Position numbers and translations under genes: made by a program
In this document: positions 38,199 through 47,667 of the stretch, piece after piece
Layout of the letters: every line of letters starts with the position of its first letter
How positions within the stretch are numbered: position 1 is the stretch's first letter
Source of the DNA: Terrimicrobiaceae bacterium
GTDB lineage: Bacteria > Verrucomicrobiota > Verrucomicrobiia > Chthoniobacterales > Terrimicrobiaceae
Reading direction: 5' to 3'
Length of the DNA stretch: 47,667 bases
Assembly (NCBI GenBank): GCA_044342325.1
Contig: JBIIPZ010000025.1
Location: 1-47,667 of the forward strand
Notes under the pieces: model-generated
Database searches by the model: none
What the model saw: only the letters and a program-made list of their open reading frames with translations
Told to the model about the DNA's origin: nothing

Positions 38199-39793
38199 TG
38201 AACGACGGAAAAAAACTCAACACCCGCGCCAGTGGCGTGATCGCCGCTGCGGTCATGCTCAGCCGCATGCTTGGGCTGGTGCGCGAGGTCCTCTTCAACG
38301 CCCTATTTGGAACAGCATCCATGGGACTTTTTCTCATCGCCTTCCGCTTGCCGAATCTCCTCCGCGATCTTTTTGCCGAAGGCGCGCTCTCGACAGCCTT
38401 CATAACGGTCTTTTCCCAAAAAATTGAAAAAGAAGGCTCGGCAGCGGCCTGGGCACTCGCTTCCAAAATGCTCACGCTGGCGACTGTTTTTATGAGCGCT
38501 GTCAGCCTGCTTGGCATCATCTTCGCAGGCCCACTGGTGAACCTCCTCGCCCCAGGATTTAACCCCGAGGATGCAACTTTCACCATCCTGCTGACCCGGA
38601 TTATGTATCCGTTCATTTTAATGGTATCCCTCGCAGCACTTGTGATGGGCATTTTAAATTCGCGCCAAGTTTTCACCGCCCCCGCCTTGGCCTCGAGCTT
38701 CTTTAACATCGGCTCCATTGCCGGCGGCGTCTTCTTCGGCTGGCTCATCGACCCTTCATTCGGTTTGAAGGCGTTGACCGGCCTAGCCATCGGAACACTC
38801 ATTGGAGGGTTTCTTCAATTCGCCATGCAGCTCCCCAGCCTGCACCGGGCGGGATTCCGCTTCATGCCGGACTTCCGGTGGAATGATTCCGGCATCAAAC
38901 GCACCCTCATCCTCATGGTGCCATCGGTGATAGCCGCCAGCGCGGTGCAGGTGAATGTGCTGGTGAACTCACGATTTGCGTCTTACGCAGGCGCAGAGGC
39001 TGTGACCTGGCTGAACAGCGCCTTCCGCCTCATGCAGCTTCCCCTCGGCGTTTTCGGCGTCGCGGTGGCCACGATCACCCTTCCTGTGGTCTCGCGCATT
39101 GCAGCCGATGCCGACACAAGCCGCTTCGGCCCGACCCTCGGACGGGCAATGCGCCTCGCCGTTTTTCTGACACTGCCTTCCGCAGTGGGCCTTTGGTTTC
39201 TTGCAGAACCCGTCATCTGCCTCATCTACGAGCACGGGCACTTCGTAAAAAACGACACCCTGCAAACGGCATTCGCCCTCCAGTGCTACGCAATTGGCCT
39301 CGTCGCCTACTCCTGTATCAAAGTCCTCTCTCCGGCATTCTACGCCATCAACCGCAAATGGACGCCGATGCTCGTGAGTTTCGGAGCAGTCGCACTGAAC
39401 CTCCTCTTGAACTATTTCTTCATGTTCCGTCTGGATTTAGGGCACAAAGGCCTCGCGCTCTCGACATCGATCTGCGCCATTCTGAACTTCACGACGCTTT
39501 ATATTCTCATGCTCTCCCCGGCAAAAAATCTGGAGAGCGGAAAATTCATTGGCACGCTGATCCGTTGTTTGGCAGCAACCATCCCACTCGCACTGGCATG
39601 CCATGCCGTTCTGAGTTTCGGCCCTACTTTTTTCACAGGAACAAGACTCGCAAGCCAGATCGCTCTCGTTCTCAGCGCCATTATCGCAGGCTCTGCGGCC
39701 TATTTCCTTAGCTGCTTGGTTCTGCGGGTGGATGAAACATCCGCTGCAATGGGAATCATCCGGCGGAAAATCTTCAAAAAGCAAGCACCCTAG
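38198..39793 (+). CDS. murJ: Lipid II flippase MurJ (MviN)
   Basis: SRMLGLVRE, AFRLPNLLRDLFAEGALS, RLMQLPLGVFGVA. Confidence 0.95.
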   Translation: MNDGKKLNTRASGVIAAAVMLSRMLGLVREVLFNALFGTASMGLFLIAFRLPNLLRDLFAEGALSTAFITVFSQKIEKEGSAAAWALASKMLTLATVFMSAVSLLGIIFAGPLVNLLAPGFNPEDATFTILLTRIMYPFILMVSLAALVMGILNSRQVFTAPALASSFFNIGSIAGGVFFGWLIDPSFGLKALTGLAIGTLIGGFLQFAMQLPSLHRAGFRFMPDFRWNDSGIKRTLILMVPSVIAASAVQVNVLVNSRFASYAGAEAVTWLNSAFRLMQLPLGVFGVAVATITLPVVSRIAADADTSRFGPTLGRAMRLAVFLTLPSAVGLWFLAEPVICLIYEHGHFVKNDTLQTAFALQCYAIGLVAYSCIKVLSPAFYAINRKWTPMLVSFGAVALNLLLNYFFMFRLDLGHKGLALSTSICAILNFTTLYILMLSPAKNLESGKFIGTLIRCLAATIPLALACHAVLSFGPTFFTGTRLASQIALVLSAIIAGSAAYFLSCLVLRVDETSAAMGIIRRKIFKKQAP

Positions 39794-39849
39794 AAAAGTT
39801 GAAGCCCGTCGCAGCGATTGCTACAACGGGCTTCTGTTCCCCCCAGAAC
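39794..39849 (-). ncRNA. Candidate ~56-nt small RNA
   Basis: Minus-strand promoter (TTGCAC-N16-TAATTT, TG-extended, A-rich UP tract) leads directly into GUUC-UGGGGG-GAAC and then a 15-bp hairpin that pairs fully only on the minus strand, ending in AACUUUU; no ORF. Confidence 0.55.
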
Positions 39850-39855
39850 GAAGTC

Positions 39856-39883
39856 AAATTAACATGGGTCTGCGACGGTGCAA
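39856..39883 (-). promoter_or_regulatory. Putative sigma-70 promoter of the candidate sRNA
   Basis: TTGCAC (39883-39878)-N16-TAATTT (39861-39856) with TG at -15/-14; same geometry as the rplU promoter. Confidence 0.55.
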
Positions 39884-39978
39884 GGATTCTTTTAATTTTT
39901 TTTCAATACTTCGATTCATCCCGCTCACCTCATAAAAAACTGGTTTCAGCCTCAGACCCTCTCCAAAGTATTTGGAAG

Positions 39979-40632
39979 ATGAATACCGCCTTTCCTACCG
40001 CACTTCTTGAAAAAGTCCGCCAACTCAAAATCATTGCCGTTGTAGTCATCGATGATGCGAATGATGCCACGCCACTTGCGCGCGCCTTGTTGGACGGCGG
40101 CATTTCGGCAATCGAACTGACCCTCCGCACTCCCACGGCTTTTGAGTCACTGCGCCGCATCCGTGAACAATTCCCGGAGATGATGGTGGGCTTGGGAACG
40201 GTCCTGACAACCGAGCAAGTCGATAAGGCCGTTGCAGCAGGTGCCGCCTTTGCAGTCGCTCCGGGATTCAATCCAAACATCGTTCGTGCGGCGAAGTCCG
40301 CCGGCCTTGCTTTCGCTCCTGGCATCGTGACGCCATCTGATATCGAAGGGGCAACCGAACTCGAGTGCAACCTACTCAAATTTTTCCCAGCCGAACCGAG
40401 CGGAGGCATTGCCTACCTGAACTCCATGTCCGCCCCTTACGCCCACCTCGGCTTGGAATATATTCCTCTCGGTGGCTTGGATGAAGGTAACTTCACCCGC
40501 TATCTCTCTCTGAAAAATGTTCCCGCAGTTGGCGGATCCTGGATCGCGCCACGCGACCTGATTCAGAAGAAGGATTGGTCAACAATCACCGCAAACGCAC
40601 AGCGGGCATTAGACAAAAGCTCCACTCTCTAA
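39979..40632 (+). CDS. eda: KDPG/KHG aldolase
   Basis: IELTLRT, GLGTV, PGIVTPSD, KFFPA, PLGG, GGSW; start ATG 39979. Confidence 0.93.
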   Translation: MNTAFPTALLEKVRQLKIIAVVVIDDANDATPLARALLDGGISAIELTLRTPTAFESLRRIREQFPEMMVGLGTVLTTEQVDKAVAAGAAFAVAPGFNPNIVRAAKSAGLAFAPGIVTPSDIEGATELECNLLKFFPAEPSGGIAYLNSMSAPYAHLGLEYIPLGGLDEGNFTRYLSLKNVPAVGGSWIAPRDLIQKKDWSTITANAQRALDKSSTL

Positions 40633-40667
40633 AACAGGCTGGGGCCAGCCTGGCACCCAGAGTTTCT

Positions 40668-41855
40668 TCAGGCAGTAAATAGTTCCGCACCGTGATGGTT
40701 CGTGGTCGGGACTGACATCGGCTCGGGATACTCAAAGATTTTCCCCTCGTAGTTGCGGATCACGATTTTTTCCGAATCGTGGTAGGCGACATAGTTGGGA
40801 TTGATCGGCACCTTGCCGCCACCGCCTGGCGCGTCGATGACATATTGGGGAATGGCATAGCCACTGGTAAAACCGCGCAGGGATTCGATGATTTCGATGC
40901 CTTTTGCGACCGATGTGCGCAAATGGGACGAACCGCGAATGAGGTCGCACTGGTAGAGATAATACGGTCGGACGCGGCAAAGGAGCAGTTTGTGGATGAG
41001 ATCCTTCATCAGATCGGGGCTATCATTGACGCCTTTGAGCAAGACACTCTGGTTCCCGAGCGGAATCCCGCTATCCGAAAGGCGACCCAGAGCATCACGG
41101 ACTTCACTGGTAAGTTCACGCGGGTGGTTCACATGCACACTCATCCACAGCGGATGATACTTGCGCAGCATGGCGCAGAGCTCCGGCGTGATGCGTTGGG
41201 GAAGAAAAATAGGAACCCGGGTTCCGATTCGCAGGAACTCGAGATGCGGGATGGAACGCAAGCGTTGAAGAATCGCCTCCAGGCGAGAGTCCGAAAGCAA
41301 AAGGGCATCGCCGCCGGATAGCAGAACATCCCGGATCGCGGTATTTTTTTCCAGATAGCGAAAGGCCTCCTCAAAATCGGTGACCAACTCCTGTTCTCCC
41401 ACCCCGCTTACAACGCGACTGCGGGTGCAGTAGCGGCAATAAGAAGCGCAGCGATCGGTAACGAGGAATAAAACGCGATCAGGGTAGCGATGAACGAGGC
41501 CTGGAACAGGCATGTGCGAGTCCTCACCGCAGGGATCTGCCATGTCATAGGGCGAATCGTAGCCCTCCTCGATGCGAGGAATCACCTGCCGGCGAATGGG
41601 GCAGTCGGGATTATCCCGCTCGATGAGATTGAAATAATGCGGCGTAATGGCCATCGCCAACTTGGTTCCTGCAAGAAGAACACCCGCTCGCTCCTCGCTA
41701 TTGAGCTGAAGATGCTCCTCCAAAGCAGCCAATGTGGTGACACGATGCCTCTGCTGCCAGCGCCAGTCACCCCACTCGGAGGATTGAGCATTTTTCCAAT
41801 AACCGGGGGCATGAGAAATGAATCGCGGAGCAGGCGCGGTGGACGGTTCGGACAT
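40668..41855 (-). CDS. kamA: KamA-family radical SAM lysine 2,3-aminomutase
   Basis: HRYPDR, CASYCRYCTR, LSGGD, NQSVLLKGVND, DAPGGGGK; start ATG 41855. Confidence 0.88.
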   Translation of the reverse strand: MSEPSTAPAPRFISHAPGYWKNAQSSEWGDWRWQQRHRVTTLAALEEHLQLNSEERAGVLLAGTKLAMAITPHYFNLIERDNPDCPIRRQVIPRIEEGYDSPYDMADPCGEDSHMPVPGLVHRYPDRVLFLVTDRCASYCRYCTRSRVVSGVGEQELVTDFEEAFRYLEKNTAIRDVLLSGGDALLLSDSRLEAILQRLRSIPHLEFLRIGTRVPIFLPQRITPELCAMLRKYHPLWMSVHVNHPRELTSEVRDALGRLSDSGIPLGNQSVLLKGVNDSPDLMKDLIHKLLLCRVRPYYLYQCDLIRGSSHLRTSVAKGIEIIESLRGFTSGYAIPQYVIDAPGGGGKVPINPNYVAYHDSEKIVIRNYEGKIFEYPEPMSVPTTNHHGAELFTA

Positions 41856-41913
41856 TTGAATTTTTAAGAGGCTACGACGATCACTGGGAGTGTCAACGCG
41901 GACGTTCAAGGGT

Positions 41914-41988
41914 GGATTCGGAAACCTTGCCAGCTTCAAACGCCAGCTCTGAAAATCCACTGGCATGACCCCTCGCGATTACAGAAAA
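41914..41988 (+). pseudogene. Remnant of an AraC-family regulator (C-terminal HTH)
   Basis: Translates as GFGNLASFKRQL*KSTGMTPRDYRK, matching the AraC signature GFxxxxxFxRxFKKxxGxTPxxYR, with an in-frame TGA at 41950-41952 and no upstream gene body. Confidence 0.7.
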
Positions 41989-42071
41989 CCCGGCAATCCA
42001 CCCAGTGATCTGTGCAAACTTGAGCAGTCGGCACTCCAATCATTCGACTCGGACTTTTCTTGAGTTTTGAA

Positions 42072-42100
42072 GTGTCATGCCAAGCATCAATTGATATTCT
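42072..42100 (+). promoter_or_regulatory. Putative extended -10 promoter giving a leaderless thrS-fragment transcript
   Basis: GTGTCA-N17-TATTCT with TG at -15/-14; 6 nt separate the -10 box from the ATG, as at cysE (TAGTAT-N6-ATG) and the GT2 gene (CATACT-N6-ATG). Confidence 0.5.
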
Positions 42101-42106
42101 CGCGGG

Positions 42107-43207
42107 ATGTCATCAGCTATCATGTCCCAAAAAATGGACACTATTCGCCAAGCCATCGAGGAAGGCTCGGCAAGCCCTGAGATCGTGGAGGCATTTAGGG
42201 AATGGAAATCCCTGAGCGGCCGCCTGCAGGAACTCGGCGAAACCGAGAAATACTATCTCAAGGCGATGAATTGCCCCCACCACCATCGAATTTTCGCGGC
42301 AGAGCCCCGCAGCTACCGCGACCTGCCGCTGCGACTGGCTGAATACGGATGCTGCTACCGCTATGAGCAAAGCGGAGAGCTTTTCGGGCTGATGCGCGTG
42401 CGTTCGCTGAACATGAACGACGCTCATATTTACTGCACGGAGGAGCAGTTCGCAGAAGAGTTTCGCGCCGTGAACGAGATGTATATCGAGTATTTCAAGG
42501 TTTTCGGATTGGAGAAATACCAGATGAGATTCTCCACACATGACCCCGAAAAGCTGGGGCAGAAATTTGTGAATGAGCCGGAGCTTTGGAAGAAGACCGA
42601 GGACATGGTGAGAAATGTTCTCGTCGAGAGCGGCATCAATTTTGTGGAAGTGCCGAATGAAGCTGCTTTCTATGGGCCGAAAATCGATGTCCAAGTCTGG
42701 AGCGCGATCGGGCGCGAGTTCACCATCGCAACGAACCAAGTTGATTTTGCCGTTCCCGCCAAATTCGGCCTGCACTACCGCGACCGCGACAACACTGAAA
42801 AGACGCCTCTGTGCATCCACCGCGCTCCACTCGGCACGCACGAACGGTTCATCGGATTTCTCATCGAGCACTACGCCGGGAACTTCCCACTCTGGCTTGC
42901 TCCCGAGCAGGTTCGTGTCATCACACTCAATGACGACCCAGTTTTGATTTCTTACGCTGAGCCCATTGTTAATGAACTCCGCCGTCATATGGTCCGCGCC
43001 GAAGCGGATTTCGGCTCCGAGCCCGTAAAGGCGAAGATCGCCGATGCCGAGAAAGCCCGTGTGCATACAATGCTGGTCATCGGCCACCGCGACATGGAGT
43101 CAGGTAATGTGAGCGTGCGCCTGCACGGAAAAGGCAATATCGGCGCCAAGCCGGTTGCCGAGGTCACAGCCGATATCCTTGCCTCAATCCGCGAACGCCG
43201 AGCCTGA
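42107..43207 (+). CDS. thrS: Threonine-tRNA ligase, C-terminal half only (part of the catalytic core plus anticodon-binding domain)
   Basis: YYLKAMNCPHH, SYRDLPLR, YRYEQSG, GLMRVR, AAFYGPKID, IHRAPLGTHERFIG, FPLWLAPEQV; an in-frame TGA at 42092 blocks any N-terminal extension. Confidence 0.9.
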   Translation: MSSAIMSQKMDTIRQAIEEGSASPEIVEAFREWKSLSGRLQELGETEKYYLKAMNCPHHHRIFAAEPRSYRDLPLRLAEYGCCYRYEQSGELFGLMRVRSLNMNDAHIYCTEEQFAEEFRAVNEMYIEYFKVFGLEKYQMRFSTHDPEKLGQKFVNEPELWKKTEDMVRNVLVESGINFVEVPNEAAFYGPKIDVQVWSAIGREFTIATNQVDFAVPAKFGLHYRDRDNTEKTPLCIHRAPLGTHERFIGFLIEHYAGNFPLWLAPEQVRVITLNDDPVLISYAEPIVNELRRHMVRAEADFGSEPVKAKIADAEKARVHTMLVIGHRDMESGNVSVRLHGKGNIGAKPVAEVTADILASIRERRA

Positions 43208-43255
43208 TTGGCGCGGTCTTTTCGCTTGTCACTCAATCCACCTATTTCAAAGTAA

Positions 43256-45240
<1,985 letters not shown>

Positions 45241-45247
45241 GCAGCCC

Positions 45248-47062
45248 GTGAGCGCCAAAGTTCCAGAGCAAATCACCAATATCGCAGCTTATCGCTTTGC
45301 CGAGTTGAGCGATCTGAAGCCACTTCGAGAGCGCCTGATCGGACTTTGCCGAGAGCAGTCGCTCAAAGGCACGATTCTCTTGAGCACCGAAGGCATCAAC
45401 CTTTTCGTTGCCGGCTCGGCAGATGGCATCAAGGTTCTGCTGCGGGAACTCCGCAGTCTCAGCGGTCTCGAAGATCTGGCGCCGAAATTCAGCCTGAGTG
45501 AGCATCACCCCTTCTCACGAATGCTTGTGAGAATCAAAAAGGAGATCATCGCCTTCGGTGTGGATGGCATCAACCCCGCCCGCAGAACATCAGCCAAGCT
45601 CCCTGCCGCCACGCTCAAGCAATGGCTCGATGAAGGCCGGAAGGTCACGCTTCTCGACACGCGCAACGACTACGAGATCAAGCTCGGCACTTTTCGTGGA
45701 GCACTCCCAGCCGGCATCGACCATTTTCGCGACTTTCCGCAGGCCGTGGCCCAACTTCCTGAATCGCTCAAAGACGAACCCGTGGTGATGTTCTGCACCG
45801 GGGGCATCCGTTGTGAAAAAGCAGGCCCCTACATGGAAAGCCAGGGGTTCCGAAACATCCATCAGCTCGATGGCGGAATCCTGAAATATTTTGAGGAATG
45901 CGGCGGGGCGCACTACGACGGCGAATGCTTCGTCTTCGACCAGCGCGTCGGCGTTGATCCCGCCCTGCGCGAAACCGATTCCTCCCAGTGCTTCCGCTGC
46001 CTCTCGCCACTCACGGAGAGTGATCAAAACGATCCCCGCTATGTCGCCGGCAAATCCTGCCCGTTTTGCTTCAAATCGCAGGAAGAGGAAATGAAGTTGA
46101 GTATCTCACAGAAGGAGGAAGCGATTCGGAATGCCACCACTCCCCTGCCCGGCAGCACGCCTTGTGACAACTTTCGCCCGATTGTGATTCCGCCGGAATA
46201 CGACGGAGTCACCATCCTTGAAGCCATAGCCTCTATTTTCAGCCATACGCGGCATGAGGATTGGCAGAAGATTTTTGAAAATTCCTGCCTTCTCGATTCG
46301 GGATTCCAACCAGTCCAGCCCAGTCTCATAGCTCATAGAGGAGACCGCTTTTATCGTAAAACTCCCGCCGATGTGGAACCAGAGGTCAGCGTCGATCTCC
46401 GAATTCTGCATGAGGATGAGGCTCTTTTGGTCATCAACAAACCCGCCCCGCTGCCAATCCACCCCAGCGGCCGATTCAACCGCAATACACTCCAGGCGAT
46501 CTTGCAGACGGTTTATCATCCACAGAAACCAAGACCAGCACACCGGTTGGATGCCAATACGACCGGTCTGGTTGTTTTCACCCGCACACGACATTTTGCC
46601 AAATTTGTGCAACCACAATTCGAGCGTGGCGAAGTTGAAAAAACCTACCTCGCGCGCGTGACGGGACATCCATTGCAGGACACTTTTTTCTGCGATGCGC
46701 CGATCGGCGAAGAGCCTGTCCAAGCTGGAGCCCGCCAGATTGATGTGGAAAATGGTCTTCCCGCCCGCACGGAATTCCGCGTCATCCGCAGAGACTTCGA
46801 CGGCACAGCCTTGCTGGAAGCGCGTCCCCTCACCGGCCGCACAAACCAGATTCGACTGCACTTGTGGCATCTGGGTTTCCCGATTTGCGGAGATCCCGTG
46901 TATTTGCCGGGCCGCGCTCTGGGCAACCGCCAAACACTCTCCCTCGGGGAGCCGCCACTTTGCTTGCATGCTTGGAAACTTACCTTCCGGCATCCCCTCA
47001 CAAAGGAGGCCACAACCTTTGAAGCTCCCGCTCCCGAGTGGAGCTTTGAGCGGCTCGCGTAG
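45248..47062 (+). CDS. Fusion of TrhO/YceA rhodanese-family tRNA U34 hydroxylase and RluA-family pseudouridine synthase
   Basis: GTILLSTEGIN, DTRNDYE, FCTGGIRCEKA, CFVFDQR; then NKPAPLPIHP, HRLDANTTG, TGRTNQIRLH, GDPVY, LHA; GTG start at 45248. Confidence 0.88.
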   Translation: MSAKVPEQITNIAAYRFAELSDLKPLRERLIGLCREQSLKGTILLSTEGINLFVAGSADGIKVLLRELRSLSGLEDLAPKFSLSEHHPFSRMLVRIKKEIIAFGVDGINPARRTSAKLPAATLKQWLDEGRKVTLLDTRNDYEIKLGTFRGALPAGIDHFRDFPQAVAQLPESLKDEPVVMFCTGGIRCEKAGPYMESQGFRNIHQLDGGILKYFEECGGAHYDGECFVFDQRVGVDPALRETDSSQCFRCLSPLTESDQNDPRYVAGKSCPFCFKSQEEEMKLSISQKEEAIRNATTPLPGSTPCDNFRPIVIPPEYDGVTILEAIASIFSHTRHEDWQKIFENSCLLDSGFQPVQPSLIAHRGDRFYRKTPADVEPEVSVDLRILHEDEALLVINKPAPLPIHPSGRFNRNTLQAILQTVYHPQKPRPAHRLDANTTGLVVFTRTRHFAKFVQPQFERGEVEKTYLARVTGHPLQDTFFCDAPIGEEPVQAGARQIDVENGLPARTEFRVIRRDFDGTALLEARPLTGRTNQIRLHLWHLGFPICGDPVYLPGRALGNRQTLSLGEPPLCLHAWKLTFRHPLTKEATTFEAPAPEWSFERLA

Positions 47063-47068
47063 CAGGCT

Positions 47069-47667
47069 TCAGACCGCTTGATCGCCGTATTCGAGCAAAT
47101 GCCCTGCGGCAATGTGCCGGAGGCTTTCCTCGGAAGTGACCTGCTGGAGGCGTTCGCGCAGGCGGGCCCCACCAGGTAAGCCGCGTGTGTAGGACATGAA
47201 TCGCGTCCGCATGGAGCGGATGGCCAACTCCTCCTTGCCTCCCCACCATCCGATCTCACGCCGCGTATGCTCGAAAATGAAGTCCCATTTCATTCTGAGG
47301 GTCACCACTTCAGGAGCGCCCCCGCCATCAATTGCAGATCGGATTTCCCGAAAGATCCATGGATGGCACATCGCGGCCCGACCGATCATCAGACCCGCGA
47401 CATTTGTTTCCCTGAGACGCTGAATCGCAACGGCAGCCGAATCGATATCCCCATTACCAATCACTGGAATATTCACAGCATCGGCAACCGCTCCGATGAC
47501 GCGCCAATCGGCTTCGCCTGTGTAGCCCTGCTCTTTCGTGCGTCCATGAACCGCGAGGCGGGAAATGCCCTCGCCTTCGAGAATGCGAGCCGTCTCGAGG
47601 GCATTGACCGAGCGCGAATCCCACCCGATGCGGATTTTGGCGGTGACCGGCAAACTTTCTGCCGCCG
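47069..47667 (-). CDS. dusB: tRNA-dihydrouridine synthase (DusB-like), 5'-partial
   Basis: PVTAKIRIGW, VHGRT, IGNGDI, MIGRAA..PWIF; frame runs off the window end. Confidence 0.88.
   Translation of the reverse strand, partial: AAESLPVTAKIRIGWDSRSVNALETARILEGEGISRLAVHGRTKEQGYTGEADWRVIGAVADAVNIPVIGNGDIDSAAVAIQRLRETNVAGLMIGRAAMCHPWIFREIRSAIDGGGAPEVVTLRMKWDFIFEHTRREIGWWGGKEELAIRSMRTRFMSYTRGLPGGARLRERLQQVTSEESLRHIAAGHLLEYGDQAV

Noticed and set aside
41856..42106. Frameshifted or intron-interrupted 5' part of thrS
   Set aside because: Only ~250 bp are available before kamA; they show an AraC remnant and no ThrRS motif 1 or intron-like features.

Overview
Chromosomal backbone of a bacterium, probably Verrucomicrobiota (Spartobacteria/Chthoniobacterales-like; inferred from remembered ThrRS, IleRS and flagellin sequence style and the TrhO-RluA fusion, not from a database search). 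About 42 CDS, mostly housekeeping: ychF, iscS, cysE, rpmA/rplU, rfbD, rsmE, ilvD, engB, guaB, tatA, lspA, ileS, aroB, purE, sua5, murJ, eda, kamA, purA, uppS, dus. I saw no rRNA, tRNA, CRISPR array, phage gene or transposase. The unusual items are: (1) an intact 1122-aa NRPS-fold protein (C-A-TE, no carrier domain) in which every canonical catalytic motif I could locate is substituted; (2) a threonyl-tRNA synthetase ORF that starts in the middle of the catalytic domain yet has an apparent leaderless promoter, so a candidate naturally split ThrRS, with an AraC gene remnant upstream; (3) a stand-alone flagellin with a sigma-28 promoter, CsrA-type GGA sites, a terminator and a divergent glycosyltransferase; (4) a 1771-aa 'dumbbell' surface protein with two non-catalytic FGE/CLec-fold heads joined by 14 Ig-like repeats in an ABCD super-repeat; (5) small elements missing from the ORF track or easily overlooked: a ~56-nt sRNA candidate, a 28-aa hydrophobic peptide gene and a 39-aa lipoprotein.
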